64,000 nt of DNA from Piedraia hortae CBS 480.64 (lineage: Eukaryota). The notes below the pieces were generated by a model. It did not search any database, was not told the origin of the DNA, and saw only the letters and a program-made list of their open reading frames with translations. Below are positions 45,370 through 58,035 of the stretch, piece after piece. How positions within the stretch are numbered: position 1 is the stretch's first letter; the number at the start of each line of letters is the position of its first letter. The DNA lies in assembly GCA_010093745.1 (NCBI GenBank), contig MU005966.1, forward strand, positions 69,628 through 133,627. Reading direction: 5' to 3'. The translations under genes and the position numbers were made by a program.

Positions 45370-47037
45370 CTATATAAGAGCTTGCCCCCTATACATACAC
45401 TCCCGCACCTCTCGTACAACATCCTTCCGTGAATGCCGATCAACAAGAACAAGACCCCGTCCGCGTCGACCCATGCGGCCCACCCTTCCAAGGCGATGTA
45501 TAAAATCAATAGTCGTGTGCGGTACAGAGTAAAGAATCACATGTGTCGCGAGGAGGGTATCGACCCCTCGCGAGCTGAGGTCCGTTGTAACCAGAACCGA
45601 GGGGGCGTTCCCAAACTCACTGGCCTTGCCAGTAAAAGCCGCCAAAGCAGCCTGGGAGCGACCCTCGCTATCGCGAGATAGTGCCACTGCATTGATTTTG
45701 CGAGATTGGAGATATTCAGCCAACTGCACCGTCTTCTCGCGCTCGTTGACAAATACGATGATCTTTCGATCAGGTTCGGATTCGTGTGTGATGTCTTGAA
45801 TTGCTTGTGCACAAGCAAGGTCTTTGTTCCCCTGGAAAGGAACTTTATCGACATCGATTACATTGAGTTGGACGTGACGGGGTATGGCGTGTAATTTTGG
45901 AGTTGCGAGACGTCTGGTTTCTGGGTAGCGTTTCTGGAGATAGGCGTCGAGGCTCCGCGGGATGGTTGCGGAGCAGAAGATTAGTTGTTGTAATGATGGC
46001 GAGGCACGGTCGATGATGGAGGATGTTGTAGGGCTGAACGATCTGTCGAGCAAGCTGTCGGCCTCGTCGACGACTAGATGGGTGACGCGGGAGAGCACGT
46101 TGGGGTTGGACTCTGCTATACTGGCTATCAGATGCGGAGTGGAAACAAGAACGTCGACACCACCCGTTTCGAATAATCGTTTACGGATCACGGTGCTGCT
46201 GATACCCGCGTGGATCATCCGTCCCCGGAACTTGACGGTGTGGGCTAGACTTTTGATCAGCGCTCCCACCTGTTCTGCTAGTTCAGCGGTTGGAACGAGG
46301 ATGATGGCCCGTGGTCGACCAGTTTGTGGACCAACCTCGGGAGATTCAACGTCCATGGATGATTTCTTCATCTGCTGGCGTGAGAGCCGCTCGTTTTCCG
46401 CTTCCGAGATGTCATCCCGTTTGATTGCGTCGATGATGGGTAATGAATATGCCAGTGTTTTGCCAGTTCCTGTTTCTGCTGCGAGGAGATATTGCTGCAT
46501 GTGTTTCTCGTTAAAAGTCTGACCTTTCTCCGATCGTCTGCCTGTGCCTAGTAGGGCCGGAATGGCCAGCCGTTGTATCGGTGTTGGAGAGGCGTTTGTC
46601 CGTCCGCCTAAGGCCTGGCGCAAGATGGATGCTTTGATAACGGGCAACAGATCGAACTCATCAAATGAATCTCGGCTTTGAATGTTCTGCTTTACTCTGT
46701 TCCGCTTCTCATAGGGCATTTCTATCAACCTACGTTGCATTTTGAGCGCTTTCATCGGGTTTCTGCTGTCCTCTTTCCGACTATTCCGCCTGCCACCGTC
46801 CATTCCCTTTCCCAATCGCACCGGCCCATCAGCAGTTTTCGGAGGCCGTCTAACGTTCCTTCCACCACCGCCAAACGGGCCGTTGCGGTGTCGTTGGTCA
46901 TGCGTCCTGGCCTTGCTCGGGCCCGTCGCGACTTGATCCGAAAGGACCATGCGCGACGGATTGCGCCGCACGCGCGTTGAGGCATTCCGCACGGACTGCC
47001 ATGGTCGGCAAAGTAGGAGGCCGACAATCTTCGCCAT
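45370..47037 (-). CDS. MRH4: Mitochondrial DEAD-box RNA helicase Mrh4
   Basis: Q motif PTPIQ, AAETGTGKT, PTAEL, DEAD, SAT, SRGVD and HRLGRVGR, with an Arg-rich presequence. Start codon is inferred. Confidence 0.88.
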   Translation of the reverse strand: MAKIVGLLLCRPWQSVRNASTRVRRNPSRMVLSDQVATGPSKARTHDQRHRNGPFGGGGRNVRRPPKTADGPVRLGKGMDGGRRNSRKEDSRNPMKALKMQRRLIEMPYEKRNRVKQNIQSRDSFDEFDLLPVIKASILRQALGGRTNASPTPIQRLAIPALLGTGRRSEKGQTFNEKHMQQYLLAAETGTGKTLAYSLPIIDAIKRDDISEAENERLSRQQMKKSSMDVESPEVGPQTGRPRAIILVPTAELAEQVGALIKSLAHTVKFRGRMIHAGISSTVIRKRLFETGGVDVLVSTPHLIASIAESNPNVLSRVTHLVVDEADSLLDRSFSPTTSSIIDRASPSLQQLIFCSATIPRSLDAYLQKRYPETRRLATPKLHAIPRHVQLNVIDVDKVPFQGNKDLACAQAIQDITHESEPDRKIIVFVNEREKTVQLAEYLQSRKINAVALSRDSEGRSQAALAAFTGKASEFGNAPSVLVTTDLSSRGVDTLLATHVILYSVPHTTIDFIHRLGRVGRMGRRGRGLVLVDRHSRKDVVREVRECMYRGQALI

Positions 47038-47370
47038 GACATCAGGTTGCGCTTCGCAGATGAAGTGCCGACGAGATAGCGCTATGCCCAGATAGGAAAG
47101 TTGCGCCCATAATCGTGGAAGCCCCACTTTGTTTCCCTGGTAACAGCCGCGTATATGCAAAACACAACTTCTCCGCAGTGACATCAATACACAAATACAA
47201 CAAACGCCCGAGCTCTCCAACTCATCTTCACATTCTCTCAAGGTCGTTGCGCTCTGGCCTACGCGGTCGCATATCGTCGACGTTTGCTGTCGTTGTTCAA
47301 TTAAGGAAGGCACGGCCAGGCGCATTGCATTCCACTTACGTCGCGAGGCCTCTACATTCCACCCGTCGAG

Positions 47371-50300
47371 ATGGATCCCGTATGTATCGTTCAAGGCCAT
47401 TTGAACAGCTGACATTAATGCCGCGACAGGTGCACCCGTTGAGGATCAGCAAGTCTGCGTCGAGTTCGTCCAACAAGATGGCCAGGCCGCTCAGTGAGAT
47501 TGCGACCATGAGCCAGAGGAGGAACTCTCCCAGCTACAATCAGGCTGCAAAGGTAGGGTCATGCGGAAAAGTGCAAGGTCGACGAGCTAACATGCAGGAG
47601 AAAATGATCGTAACGGGAGAAACTTCTCCATATGGCGAAAACTCTTCGCCTTTTGCTGAAAAGGTTTCGCCTCGCACATTCTGGTCGTCCAGAGAAACGC
47701 GATCTCCATCGAGATTGGACGATAACAGTCCCAGGCTTTCGCCCTCATCGCCGTCGTCCACTAGGCGAGCCAGCATTGAGAGACTGAAACAGGCCAGCAG
47801 AGTCAAGACCAGCAACATCTTTGCCTTGGAAAACCGGGACAGCTACGATCCCACGTCTATGCCCGTCGTGGAGCGGCCTACGCTGCATCGTCCACAGAGC
47901 GAACAGTTTAGCAACACCATCCATCGCTACGACTCTCTGCGTCAGGACAACGGCTCGGTCAACAGCGTCCACCGCGTCAATATGACCCCCCAGACAAGCC
48001 CTCGCAAGCCTCTCTCTCCCAGTCCAACCAAGTCCAGCCTGGCCCGCAACAGCATGTTCACCTCTCCTCCCGGCGTCTATGATTCTGAGGCTGCGCCGTG
48101 GTCGGATGAGGAACCCACGGCCACTCCTCGGGCCCTGCACCGCCACAACAAGAGCGTTACATTCCACGATGATCCTCCCGTCATCAACGAATACGAACAG
48201 CAGACGCCAGAGCCTTCGGTTGACCTGGAATCGCGAGAAGGCAGCTGGGACAGCGAGGACTTTGAGCAAGGCGACTTCTACTACGAACGCGGCAGTTCTG
48301 CCGAGATGTCGCAGATGGGGGACGACGACAGCTTCGATGCTGACCTGGAAAATGCCGACAAGACGCCTGTTGTGCTACCTGAGGACTGGACCCGGATGAG
48401 CCCGGACGAGGCACGAACGGACCTTGTTGACAAGAACGACGACGTGTTTGACGGCGACGACGCCTTTGACGCCGACCGTCCGCTTCCGCCGCTCCCAGGA
48501 AATGTCCGGACGGCCGAGCCGGTGGTAATTTCTCAGGAAATTGGCCAGCCGTTGGATAATCTCCAGCTGTCTGAGCTTGCCAACGCGCCACCGCGCATAT
48601 CCAGGGAAAGCATCTTGCGTAATGTGCGGAACAGCAACTATGACTTGGACGACGTTCCTGTCGACGATTCCCTGGTCGAAACCTCGCTCAGCTACGAACA
48701 AATGGCCCGTATGCACCCGGATGAACCCATCCCATCCACGGAGACAGACAGCGACTCCATCGTCCATCGCCGCACCTCGGTCAGCCTCTCTCCAACTCGG
48801 GAAGTCCTCATCAAGCAGGAGCCACTCGACGACGGCATTGACATGAACGCGATCCCGCTCATGGCCGATGCTGAGCCCCGGAGCAGCGACCGTTTCAACA
48901 GTGTGGAGACGGATGCCAGCCACTATTCCAGCGTTGGTCCCGAGCCCCAGGCGACTGAAGCTGCACCTGATGCAGATGACGGCAAGGAGACGCTGCATGA
49001 CGCCATGCAGCTCCTTACTGTCAAGGACTACACCGAGCCCCAGACTGCTCCTGCTCCTGCTCCGGCCAGCAACACAACAGGCAGCTTCATGAACCTGCCG
49101 TCTTTCCAGGGCACCGGTGACTATGACTTTGGCTTGAACCAGTACATTACTCCTTCTCAGCCGCCGCAGGACGCGTCTCGGAAGGCGTTTGACGCCATGC
49201 CCACCCTCGCTCCGTCTACCGAGACGCACGACGACGACATCTCACCACCCGAAACGCCCAATTCCGTTGTCCATAACCGTACCAGCGATGTCAGTTCTTT
49301 GGAGTCTCTTGAACCACATCAGTCTTTGGAACAACAGGAGACGGCTCTCCCAGAGCCGGTTCTTCCTGAGGTCCCCCTTGCTCCCGAGATTCCTGAACGT
49401 CGGTCTACTATAAAAACCGGCGGCAAGTTGAAGTCTCGACCGTCTGCCACCGCTGCCGACATCTCCACCATGGCCGAACAGCGCAGAAAAGTCAGTCAAG
49501 GCTATCCCGTCCCGGACATTCCAGCCCAGTACCGGTCGGAGGTACAGTCTGAGGCACCAGCCGAAGCCGCCAGGCCCGCGTCTCGTCGTGCCAGCAACAA
49601 GCCCAGGCTCGACATTCCGATTGACGCCATTGAAGCCGACGATCTCACCGCCGGCCTGGACTTGGAGTTTGAGCGTTTGTTGGAAAGCCAAAAGGTTGGT
49701 GATCCCCATCCTGCCCCTTCCACGCCTATCCAGCAGGCTTCGCAAGAAGAAGCGTCTGCTGCGGCAGAAGGCGTTACCCCCTACAGCCCTCAATATGGAA
49801 ATCCAGGCGCTGACGGTTGTGTTCGCACGCAGAAGGGTTACTTGATGCGCCAGAACACCAAGGTCGTTGTCGCTTCTAACAGGAACTTCTCCAACGATGT
49901 CGGCCTCTTTAACAAGGCAGAGACCCGTCCCATGTCGCCCAACACCGACCCCGTCTCGCCTCATGCCAAGGTCTCCCCTCGCAAGCCCAGCGGCGAGCAG
50001 TTCCTTAAGACGGAACCATGGAACCCGCAGGCCAGACGACGAAGCGTTAGGAATGCCTCCGCTCAGAAGGCATGGTCCAAGGAGACTGCTCCGCCGCTTC
50101 CTCACGAAGGTCTCGGAGTCGTCGACGAAGGCTATGCTGCTGGACCCGGAGCGGCAGAAGACGAAGTGGGAGAGGGCGTTGAGCGAGGCCGTCTGTTTGT
50201 CAAGGTCGTCGGCGTCAAGGAACTCGACCTGCCCCTGCCCAAGAATGACCGTCTATACTTTCAGCTGACTCTGGATAACGGCCTTCACTGCGTAACTACG

Positions 50301-51650
50301 GCAGACTTGGATTTGGCCCGCAGTGCCCCCATCGGCCAGGAGTTCGAACTCGTCGTCCACAACGACCTTGAGTTTCAGCTGACTCTTACTACCCGACTTC
50401 CACCACCACCCGCCGCTCCAGCTCCCGTCCAGGCCGTACCCGCAAGGCCCGCCAAGCCCGCTGCCAAATCCGCTCTGTCCCGTTTCCTTCATAGCCCGAA
50501 GAAGCGTGCTGAGCGTGAGAGATTGGAGAGGGAAGCCGCAGCGGCCGAAGAGCAAAGGCAACGAGAGGAGGCTCAGCGGAGGCAAGCTGCGGCGAAGCCC
50601 AACATCTGGACCCTGCTGCATGAGCTTGTCAACGGAGGGGATGGATCATTTGCTCGTGCCTACGTTAATCTCAAAGCCCATGAGAATCAGTGTTTCGGTC
50701 GTCCTCTGGTGGTTGATATCCCCTGCTACAACGAGTGGGCTCTGGAAAAGGACAGCGCTGTCGTCAACAGCGTACGGAGCAAACGAGGAGCCAATGGTCC
50801 AGTTCGTCGTCCTCCATATGTCATTGGAAAGCTCGAACTGCAGCTGCTCTTCGTGCCCAAGCCAAAGGGAGCCACTGAAGACGATATGCCCAAGAGCATG
50901 AGCAGTGCCATTCGGGAGATGAACAAGGCCAGCGAAGCCGTGGAGATTGTGCACGAGGGCCATCTTAGCCAGCAGGGCGGAGACTGTGCAGTAAGTTTTC
51001 ACTGTGTCAACTAATGCATTATAACTAACGCGATACAGCACTGGCGTCGTCGCTTCTTCCGCCTCCAGGGCCCAAGACTGACAGCCTACCACGAAAATAC
51101 CCACCAAAAACGCGCCGTCATCAATCTCGCCAAAGCAACCCGCATCGTCGACGACAGGCGAACTCTCGTCGCCGACCCCCACAACCCTGCAGGTGCAAAG
51201 GGCCGGCGAAAGTCTGCCTTTGCCGAGGAAGACGAAGGCTACCAGTACGTCGAAGAAGGCTTCCGCATCCGCTTCGCCAATAGCGAAACCATCGACTTTT
51301 ACGCAGACAGCCACACCGAAAAGGAAAAGTGGATAACAGCTCTCGGCCAAGTTCTTGGCAAGCAATCCGCGGACAAGAAGCAGTCAAGCTGGACCGACGT
51401 CGTGCTCGCACGCGAGACGAAGGATGCGGCTGCAGCTGCCTCTGCCGACAAAATCGGCATGGCCGTCCCTCTCCCACCACGCGATTTCACCAAACCTCCT
51501 CCGCCACCAGCTCAAAGGAAAGCCGTCCCGAGTTCGCCTACAAGGGCTCCACCCGTTGCACCGCCTCAGCCGCCCACGCAGAGGCCTCGTACACCGCCCA
51601 TGGCTCCGAAAGTTACGGGTAAGAGGGCCGGGAATACAATGACGATGTGA
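47371..51650 (+). CDS. BUD4: Bud4/anillin-like septin-organising protein (DUF1709 + PH); introns 47380-47429, 47553-47597, probable 49695-49832, and 50991-51038
   Basis: MDP|VHPLRISK; GRLFVKVVGVKELDLPLP..LTLDNGLHCV..IGQEFEL; PH domain HWRRRFFRLQG..LTAYHE..FRIRFANSETIDFYAD. Confidence 0.9.
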
Positions 51651-52319
51651 GTGGGATGATTGGGTATCCTGTTATGCTCTGATGTTTGCTTCCCCAGTGG
51701 GAAAGTTTCCTTTTTTTTTTTTCAATGTGCTTTCGGTGTATTTTTTTTTTTTCCTTTTTTGGGAGGGGGGGGGGGGGGGGAAGATAGGTTAGAGTGGGGT
51801 TTAATGACGGTTCTGAAAATCCTGTTCTCAGTTGTTCTCACCATTGTAGTATATCGGTCGGGGCCTCGCAATACAATGTTGATGGTCAACGACTAAAACA
51901 CCATCCCGTGTTTGCTACATGCTGGATTTTCCAGTCCACTTGATCGATATCAGCTAGTGAAGAGTTTTTACACATCCTCTCGTCTGAGTTTCAATCGATA
52001 TTAACACGGGCGTGATATTTGCCTAATCGAGTATGCAAAGTCAGACCAGATCACGCCAAGCCAACTGACTCGAGCGAGCAGGAATTCAATGTCTCGGTGC
52101 TTGGCATTCACATTACCAACCTTATCAACGAAACAAAAATGATTCCCGAAGCACCCAAATATCAACACCCTAATCCTCAACCACCTCATCCCTCCTATCA
52201 ACACAACAAAGAAGTGATCACCTTGCCCTCACCTCACCCCCACCCCTCATCACAATACCAAAACCCCCGCAACCTTCACCCCAATCCTTCTATCATAGTA
52301 CCCGCGGAGCATCTTTACA

Positions 52320-52820
52320 TCACCAAACATCCCTCGCAAGCGAGAGAACGCGTCCCCGCCCCTTATCCCTTAACTCCCTCCCCACAACCCCATTCAGTCT
52401 CGACCCAATCGGTTCCCCACTCTTATTCAACAACACGCACGCATTATCCCCGAACCGGGCGTAACTTCCATCACTCCTCCGTACCTCCTTCTTTGTCCTC
52501 ACAATCACCGCGTGGCGGATATCGCCGACTTGGACTTTGTTCTGTGCGAGGGAGGATGCGTTCTTGGCGGCGCCTTTACCAGCTCCACCTGCTGCGCCCC
52601 CTCGCCCCCCCGCCGCCCCCCCTCCAAGTTTCCGAGCTTTTTGCACAACGATGACGATGCGATCTCCGATTTTCGCGCAGGATTTTTTCTGCGGACGGTG
52701 CAGGAGCTGGATGCATTCTGCTACGGCTGCACCGGAGTTGTCGATTACGTTTAGGAGGGTCTATAGCGGGTTAGTGGGGTTCGAAAATGGGGATGGGGGT
52801 GGGACTTTTAGGTTAATCAT
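52320..52820 (-). CDS. MRPL38: Mitochondrial ribosomal protein uL14; intron 52761-52805
   Basis: MINLK|TLLNVIDNSGA..IGDRIVIVVQK..HAVIVRTKK..DG...FGDNACVLLNKSGEPIGSR. Confidence 0.92.
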
Positions 52821-53599
52821 TGTTTTTGACTACGAGTGGATGTTGGGGTGGATTGGTTAGTGAGGTGAGGTTGGGCGGGTAGATCCGCTGGAAGATTGGG
52901 TATGATTAAAGTTGGGTGGGGTAAATTGTGATGGATGATGATGATGATGAATGATGGGCCAATGGAGGTAGGATGTGTTTGATGTGTATTTGCGTCTTGG
53001 ATCAATGGTTTGTGGATATACTGTTGCCGTGGGTGTTGAGTGATTCCAAGGAGATGACGATTCTTGAAAAGATTTCTACTTTTGACTAGCTGTTGAATGT
53101 ATTTCGCCTTTTCGGGGAATTTATTGGCCAGAAGAGCCTAGCTTTTGTTGGATAGCTTGATTGAAGGCGTGTGTTCACCTGCGAACTAAAGACGAAGCGG
53201 AGAGTGTTCCCTGATAGAACATGAACAATTCCGAAAGAGTGGCTGGGTTCTTTGCTGGGTTACTCTCATGACTGCTCATTAGTCTGAACAGCAAAAGATG
53301 AATTTCTTGCATATCACTTCACTGGCCGCCTGATGACCGACCGTCCCTAGAAACTTGTGAAGTCCTACAGAACTTGGGGCTGGAAGGGGGGACCACCTTC
53401 TTACCTCTTCCAATGGACCTGCGACATCTGGCAGGCCTGGGACTGGTTTGTTCAAAGAGAGTGGGCATGGTAAGCTTCTAAGTCGACTGAGCGAGCTAAC
53501 AGGGGACTGTCTGTCCTCATGCGGGATAAATTGAGGACGCTTGGTCCACTTGAAGCTTGTGTTAGGGTCTCTGCTCGTCAATAGCTGGAGCAAACTAGG

Positions 53600-54255
53600 T
53601 CACCAAGAGAGTGTCTGAGCACACCATGTTTGTTCAAGCAAGAATGCCAAGCTGAAAGGTGCTCAAACGCCCTCAGACGAGCGTATAGCCACCTGTAAGG
53701 TGTCTCTCTGTTGGTAGTTGCCGCGAGAGCGGTTACTAAGAGTGTCTGCGCAAGCCACAGTTATTCGAGCAACAATATCGAGCTGGCAGGTGGCTAAACG
53801 GTCTAGGTATTTAACCCAATTTGAAAGCGTCCTGCCACCTGTAAGATCTCTAGCCACTGCAAGAGTGGTTGCCAAGAGCGCCTAGGCACTCCATACTCAC
53901 TCAAGCAACGATATCGAGCTGACAAGTGGCCAAACAGGCCAGGCAGCTCTGCTTGAGAGCTGCCAGTTGTAGCATCTCTTTCACCTGGCATCTGCCACTG
54001 GAGTGGTCGCCAAAAGTGTTTGAACATGCCATGATCGTTGGAGACGCGATGCCAAGCTGACAGGTTGCCAAATGGCCCAAACAGCCCAGCTTGGAAGCGT
54101 TCTGCCACCTGTAAGCTCTCGTTTAGTTTGTAACTGCAGGAAGACTGCTTACCAAGAGTGTCTGAGCACTGAGGCAGCTCGGTTTTAGAGCGCTCTGCCA
54201 CTTGTACGACCTCTGAACATTGATAGCTGCAACAGGAGTGGTTGTCAAGGGTGCC
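53600..54255. repeat. Degenerate tandem array of ~5 units, period ~133-142 bp
   Basis: GCCACCTGTAAG-like block at 53688, 53834, 53962, 54104 and 54197; GAGTGGTTGCCAAGAG-like block at 53727, 53863, 54001, 54143 and 54237. Confidence 0.85.
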
Positions 54256-55061
54256 AAGATGCAGTTAGTTGACGATCGATGAGGTGCAATGCAGAGTTCC
54301 GTACTCAGCTGATGCCATCTCTCTGCCTGGCTTCACTGTGCCAAGACAGTAGTGGGCCCCATTGAATTGTCTGACAGCTGGTTCTCTGATGTAAACTTGC
54401 CTTGGTTGTACAGAGCCGCTCATCTTCCGATGTAGATACTTGAACGGCCTAATGGCTGTCATGTACAGTTTAGAGCTGCTACAGGCGTACGTCGTTGGAG
54501 TCCAACGATGTGGTACCAGAAAACATTCCATTTCCGCCCAGCAGTGCTCCTGTGCTGGCCGGTTGAATGGGACTCCAAGGGACAGAACCTTTCCAGTACG
54601 TGCCAGGCTTCCAAGAGCTTTACGTGTATGAACGCTGGGCATTGTAATTGAATGGGGCTTTCTGAACGAATAAATACCGCATCGAGTGGCAGGTGCATAC
54701 CTTGGCACTTGGTCGAACCAAGAGACTGGGACGGTATGAGTTAATCGAAATGCATTTAGACAAATGGAAGGCTGTCTATAAAGGTCCAATGTATTAGCAT
54801 GCCGTCCTACTGTGGCCGACTTCCACGTCAATGTCGTCATTGGCTTGCATTGGCTGGTTGCTACCGGCGCGCGCACGGACAGAGTTTTGCCTACCCGGAA
54901 TCACTTTCAGCATTTCACTCCGCACTTTCCGTGACAGACTATGTTTTAACCGCTGTGTTCTTCGGAACAAGTTCCCTCGTTGACGTGGTGATGATAACAA
55001 CTGCACTCCCGGCGTTTACCAACCACCGGAATTTTGACAACTTCTCAGCCTTACCCTCAAC

Positions 55062-57220
55062 ATGCCTCGTCGCTCTGCAGATGTTGATGAGGCGATCAAG
55101 AAAAAGGGCGGCCTTACCAAAGAGCAGCTAGAAGCCTACGACGATGTCTGCACGGATGCGCTCGTGGATCGCGTAAGTGTGTTTGCTGCGGGAGATCCGC
55201 AATATTGACAGCGCAACAGGTCTACTTCTGGTCCACTATTCGTAAGATGAATGACAAGCGCCATCCCAGCCGTGGAGTTCGTGAGGAGAGCGTGTGCGAC
55301 ATTCTGCGAAAGTTTGTCATTAACGAAAAGGATCCTGCGACTGCAAGCCAAGAGCTCCTCAAACAGCCCGGCTTGAACAAGTTCCTCAACTCGCTGAAGA
55401 CAGACGTGGAGAAGGACTATTTTCAAAAGCACCTGCGGAAATACATCAACATCTACCTTCCAGACTGCCCTTTCGAGGTGGGCACCACTAATCGTTACAC
55501 AATCTCCAACGCTGAAGCCGCCATTTATGCAAGGCGCAAGCTCAAGCGTGGCGAGGTTATTAAGTTTCTAACCGGCATTCAGGTGGAGATGACAGAGGAA
55601 CAGGAGGAGAAGCTCACGGTCCTTCAAGGTGACTTCAGCGTGGTCATCTCAAGTCGTAAGAAGAGGCCCTGCATTTTCCTCGGACCTGCTCGCTTTGCAA
55701 ACCATGATTGTGACCCCAACGCTCGTTTAGACACGTCTGGTACCCAAGGACTGCACATTGTGGCCACTAAAGACATCGAGATTGGCCAGGAGATAACCGT
55801 TTCGTACGGCGAGAATTATTTCGGTACCGATAACTGCAACTGTCTCTGCGAAACGTGTGAGAACAAACAGATAAATGGCTGGGATCCGCGTGGCCCATTG
55901 ATAGAAGACAGCAGTGACGAAGAAAGCGAGAGCGAAGAGGTTCATCAGAAGAAAAGTGAGAGTAGACTCAGGACGAGTGAGCGAGGCAAGGCTGCAATGG
56001 CACCAGCACCCCCGCCACCAAAGAAGAAGTCCAGTTTAAAGCGTAAACGAGGCGAGGAAGCTCCAGCTTCGCCCTGTCAACCGTCTGAAACTTCCAATGA
56101 TGCGTCAACGGACAGTGGCGGGCTGCCCAAGAGGGCACGTGGTCGACCTAGGAAACATCCCAAGAAAGACAACGGAGAGAAGAGAGGACGTGGTCGGCCC
56201 AAGAAAATTCTAGGTGAAAACAATGGAGAAATACAACAGGTGCTCCTTCGACAGACCACTGTTAACACATTGCCACGATCTGGCCTGATGAGCAAGCTTA
56301 GAACCTTTCTTGGCAACGTTGTATCTAGCTTCGATTCACCTTTAACAACAAACACGGAGGAGCGTGACACCGGAAGGATCACTCGATCTTCCAAAAGGAA
56401 GATGCAGGCTACCATGGAAGTGGAAATCCCAACAAAGCGTGTGAAATACAAGCAGAGCGTCTCAACACTACGCCGAGTTGCGTATAGGAAGGACGATGAA
56501 CCTGCCCTAACTCGGCCCAGACGGAGCAGTCGGCACCTAAAAGCCATTTCTGGCGTCTCCACTCCTGCATCAGCCCCTAGTACGGATATTTTCTCCCGTG
56601 GGTCGCTGGCTTCGAGTGCGACGTCCATGGAAACCCGTTCTCAGTCGAAAGCTGCGGCGAAGGTACGCGAAGTGGTCACAACTAAAGTCTGTAAAGAAGA
56701 GGAAGTCGTACCGCTCCGACGGGGACGTTCGGCGAAGAAGCTAGGAACATCAACAATCATGATGTGCAGCATCGAAACAACCAAGACCGGTGCATCCAAG
56801 GAGAAACGCGGGGAACCTCGAGCGCCAGGTGACTACTATCTATGCCAGGCGCTGCTTGCCAGTGCTTATCACCGGTGGGTACAATGCCGAAACTGCGATA
56901 AGTACTTCGTTCAAGATTGCGCTTACCACACCCGAATCGGATGCCCCCGGTGTGAGCGTCATAGCAAATTATATGGCTACCACTACCCGAAAACAGACAA
57001 GGAAGGCAAATGGGACCGGGAAGAGCGGGTGGCTGACCACCGCACGATCAATCGTTTCATTGATCCTGAAGACGAGCGGATGGAGTTCAGGGGCCGCAAA
57101 GCACTGGAACAGCTCCGCATGCAGGCTGCGAGCAGGTCCGTAAGCACAGAGGTGCGGAGGGGCAGTGATTCTCATCCCAACGAACGGAGGAGGTGTCTAA
57201 GGCGCAGGTCAGGTCTATGA
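55062..57220 (+). CDS. SET9: Histone H4K20 methyltransferase Set9 (Suv4-20); intron 55173-55219
   Basis: DDVCTDALVDR|VYFW, LGPARFANHDCDPN, EITVSYG..FG..CLCETCE, AT-hook-like RGRPRK, and C-terminal CRNC..CPRCERHSKLYG. Confidence 0.93.
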
Positions 57221-57376
57221 CAGGATGGCACTTTTTTAAGTAATCGTAATGACAATGGGGGACGTGTATGAAGACCGTTTAACAGTTAATTAATGAATGC
57301 AGTGATGCTGAACAAGATTGACATAAACAGTTGGGTATCATGGACAGTACTAACACCTAGCTTGAGGCTCTCCGAA

Positions 57377-58035
57377 CTACCGCGAGCGATCCAAGGTGGA
57401 CCACTGATGGCGGCAATTGACACAGACGAAGAACAGGGCCTGGTCCAGGTCAATGCATGCAAGATAGTTGACGATGTTGAACCTACCATGCCAGTTTCCT
57501 TGGTTCTCTGTTGGCTTTGGAAAAAGACGGCGTCGCAGGTGCCGCACTTGGCGCAGGGTTCTGCATCGGTATGCGGGAGCTAGAAAACAGTTTAGCGCCA
57601 TCTAAGATGTCGCATTCGCGGACTCCACTTCAACAGGCTCGGAATCCTCTTCTATCTTCGGATCAAGAACCTCCAGTACGACTCCGTTTTCCGTTGGTCT
57701 ATCACAGCCAGGACACAAGATATCGCGCCCGCAGAGAGTGCAGAACAATAAATCACATACCGTTGGATCATCGGCGACATCTTCAATGTTTCCAGCCGTC
57801 TCCTTAATTTCCTCCTTGAGTGAATTGCGGTATACGCACGCAGACTCGGCCGGTTCGCTTGAGTTGCAGTTGCGGCACATGAACATTAGCTGACTGTTAA
57901 TGTCGTCCTCACGCGGGTAGAGCATGTTTGAGCTATGGCAGGGTTAGACGCGTTGGAAAACGGGAAGCGCACAACGTACCATTCGCGACAAAAGCGGAAG
58001 CTGACCTTTTGCGTCTTGTCGGTTGGATCTTCCAT
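57377..58035 (-). CDS. RPB9: RNA polymerase II subunit Rpb9; introns 57933-57979, 57580-57760, 57440-57486
   Basis: FRFCREC|SNMLYPRED..CRNC..DPT|LPHTDAEPCAKC..AVFFQSQQRTKETGM|ALFFVCVNCRHQW. Confidence 0.93.

Noticed and set aside
47038..47415. Apparent overlap of the MRH4 and BUD4 ORF 5' ends
   Set aside because: ORF-caller extensions. Likely starts at 47037 and 47371 leave a normal divergent promoter.
51711..51781. Poly-T and poly-G tracts after BUD4
   Set aside because: Simple homopolymers in a 3' UTR.
54265..54876. 203-aa minus-strand ORF next to the tandem array
   Set aside because: No motif or coding-like composition recognised, and no Cas, transposase or RT signature.
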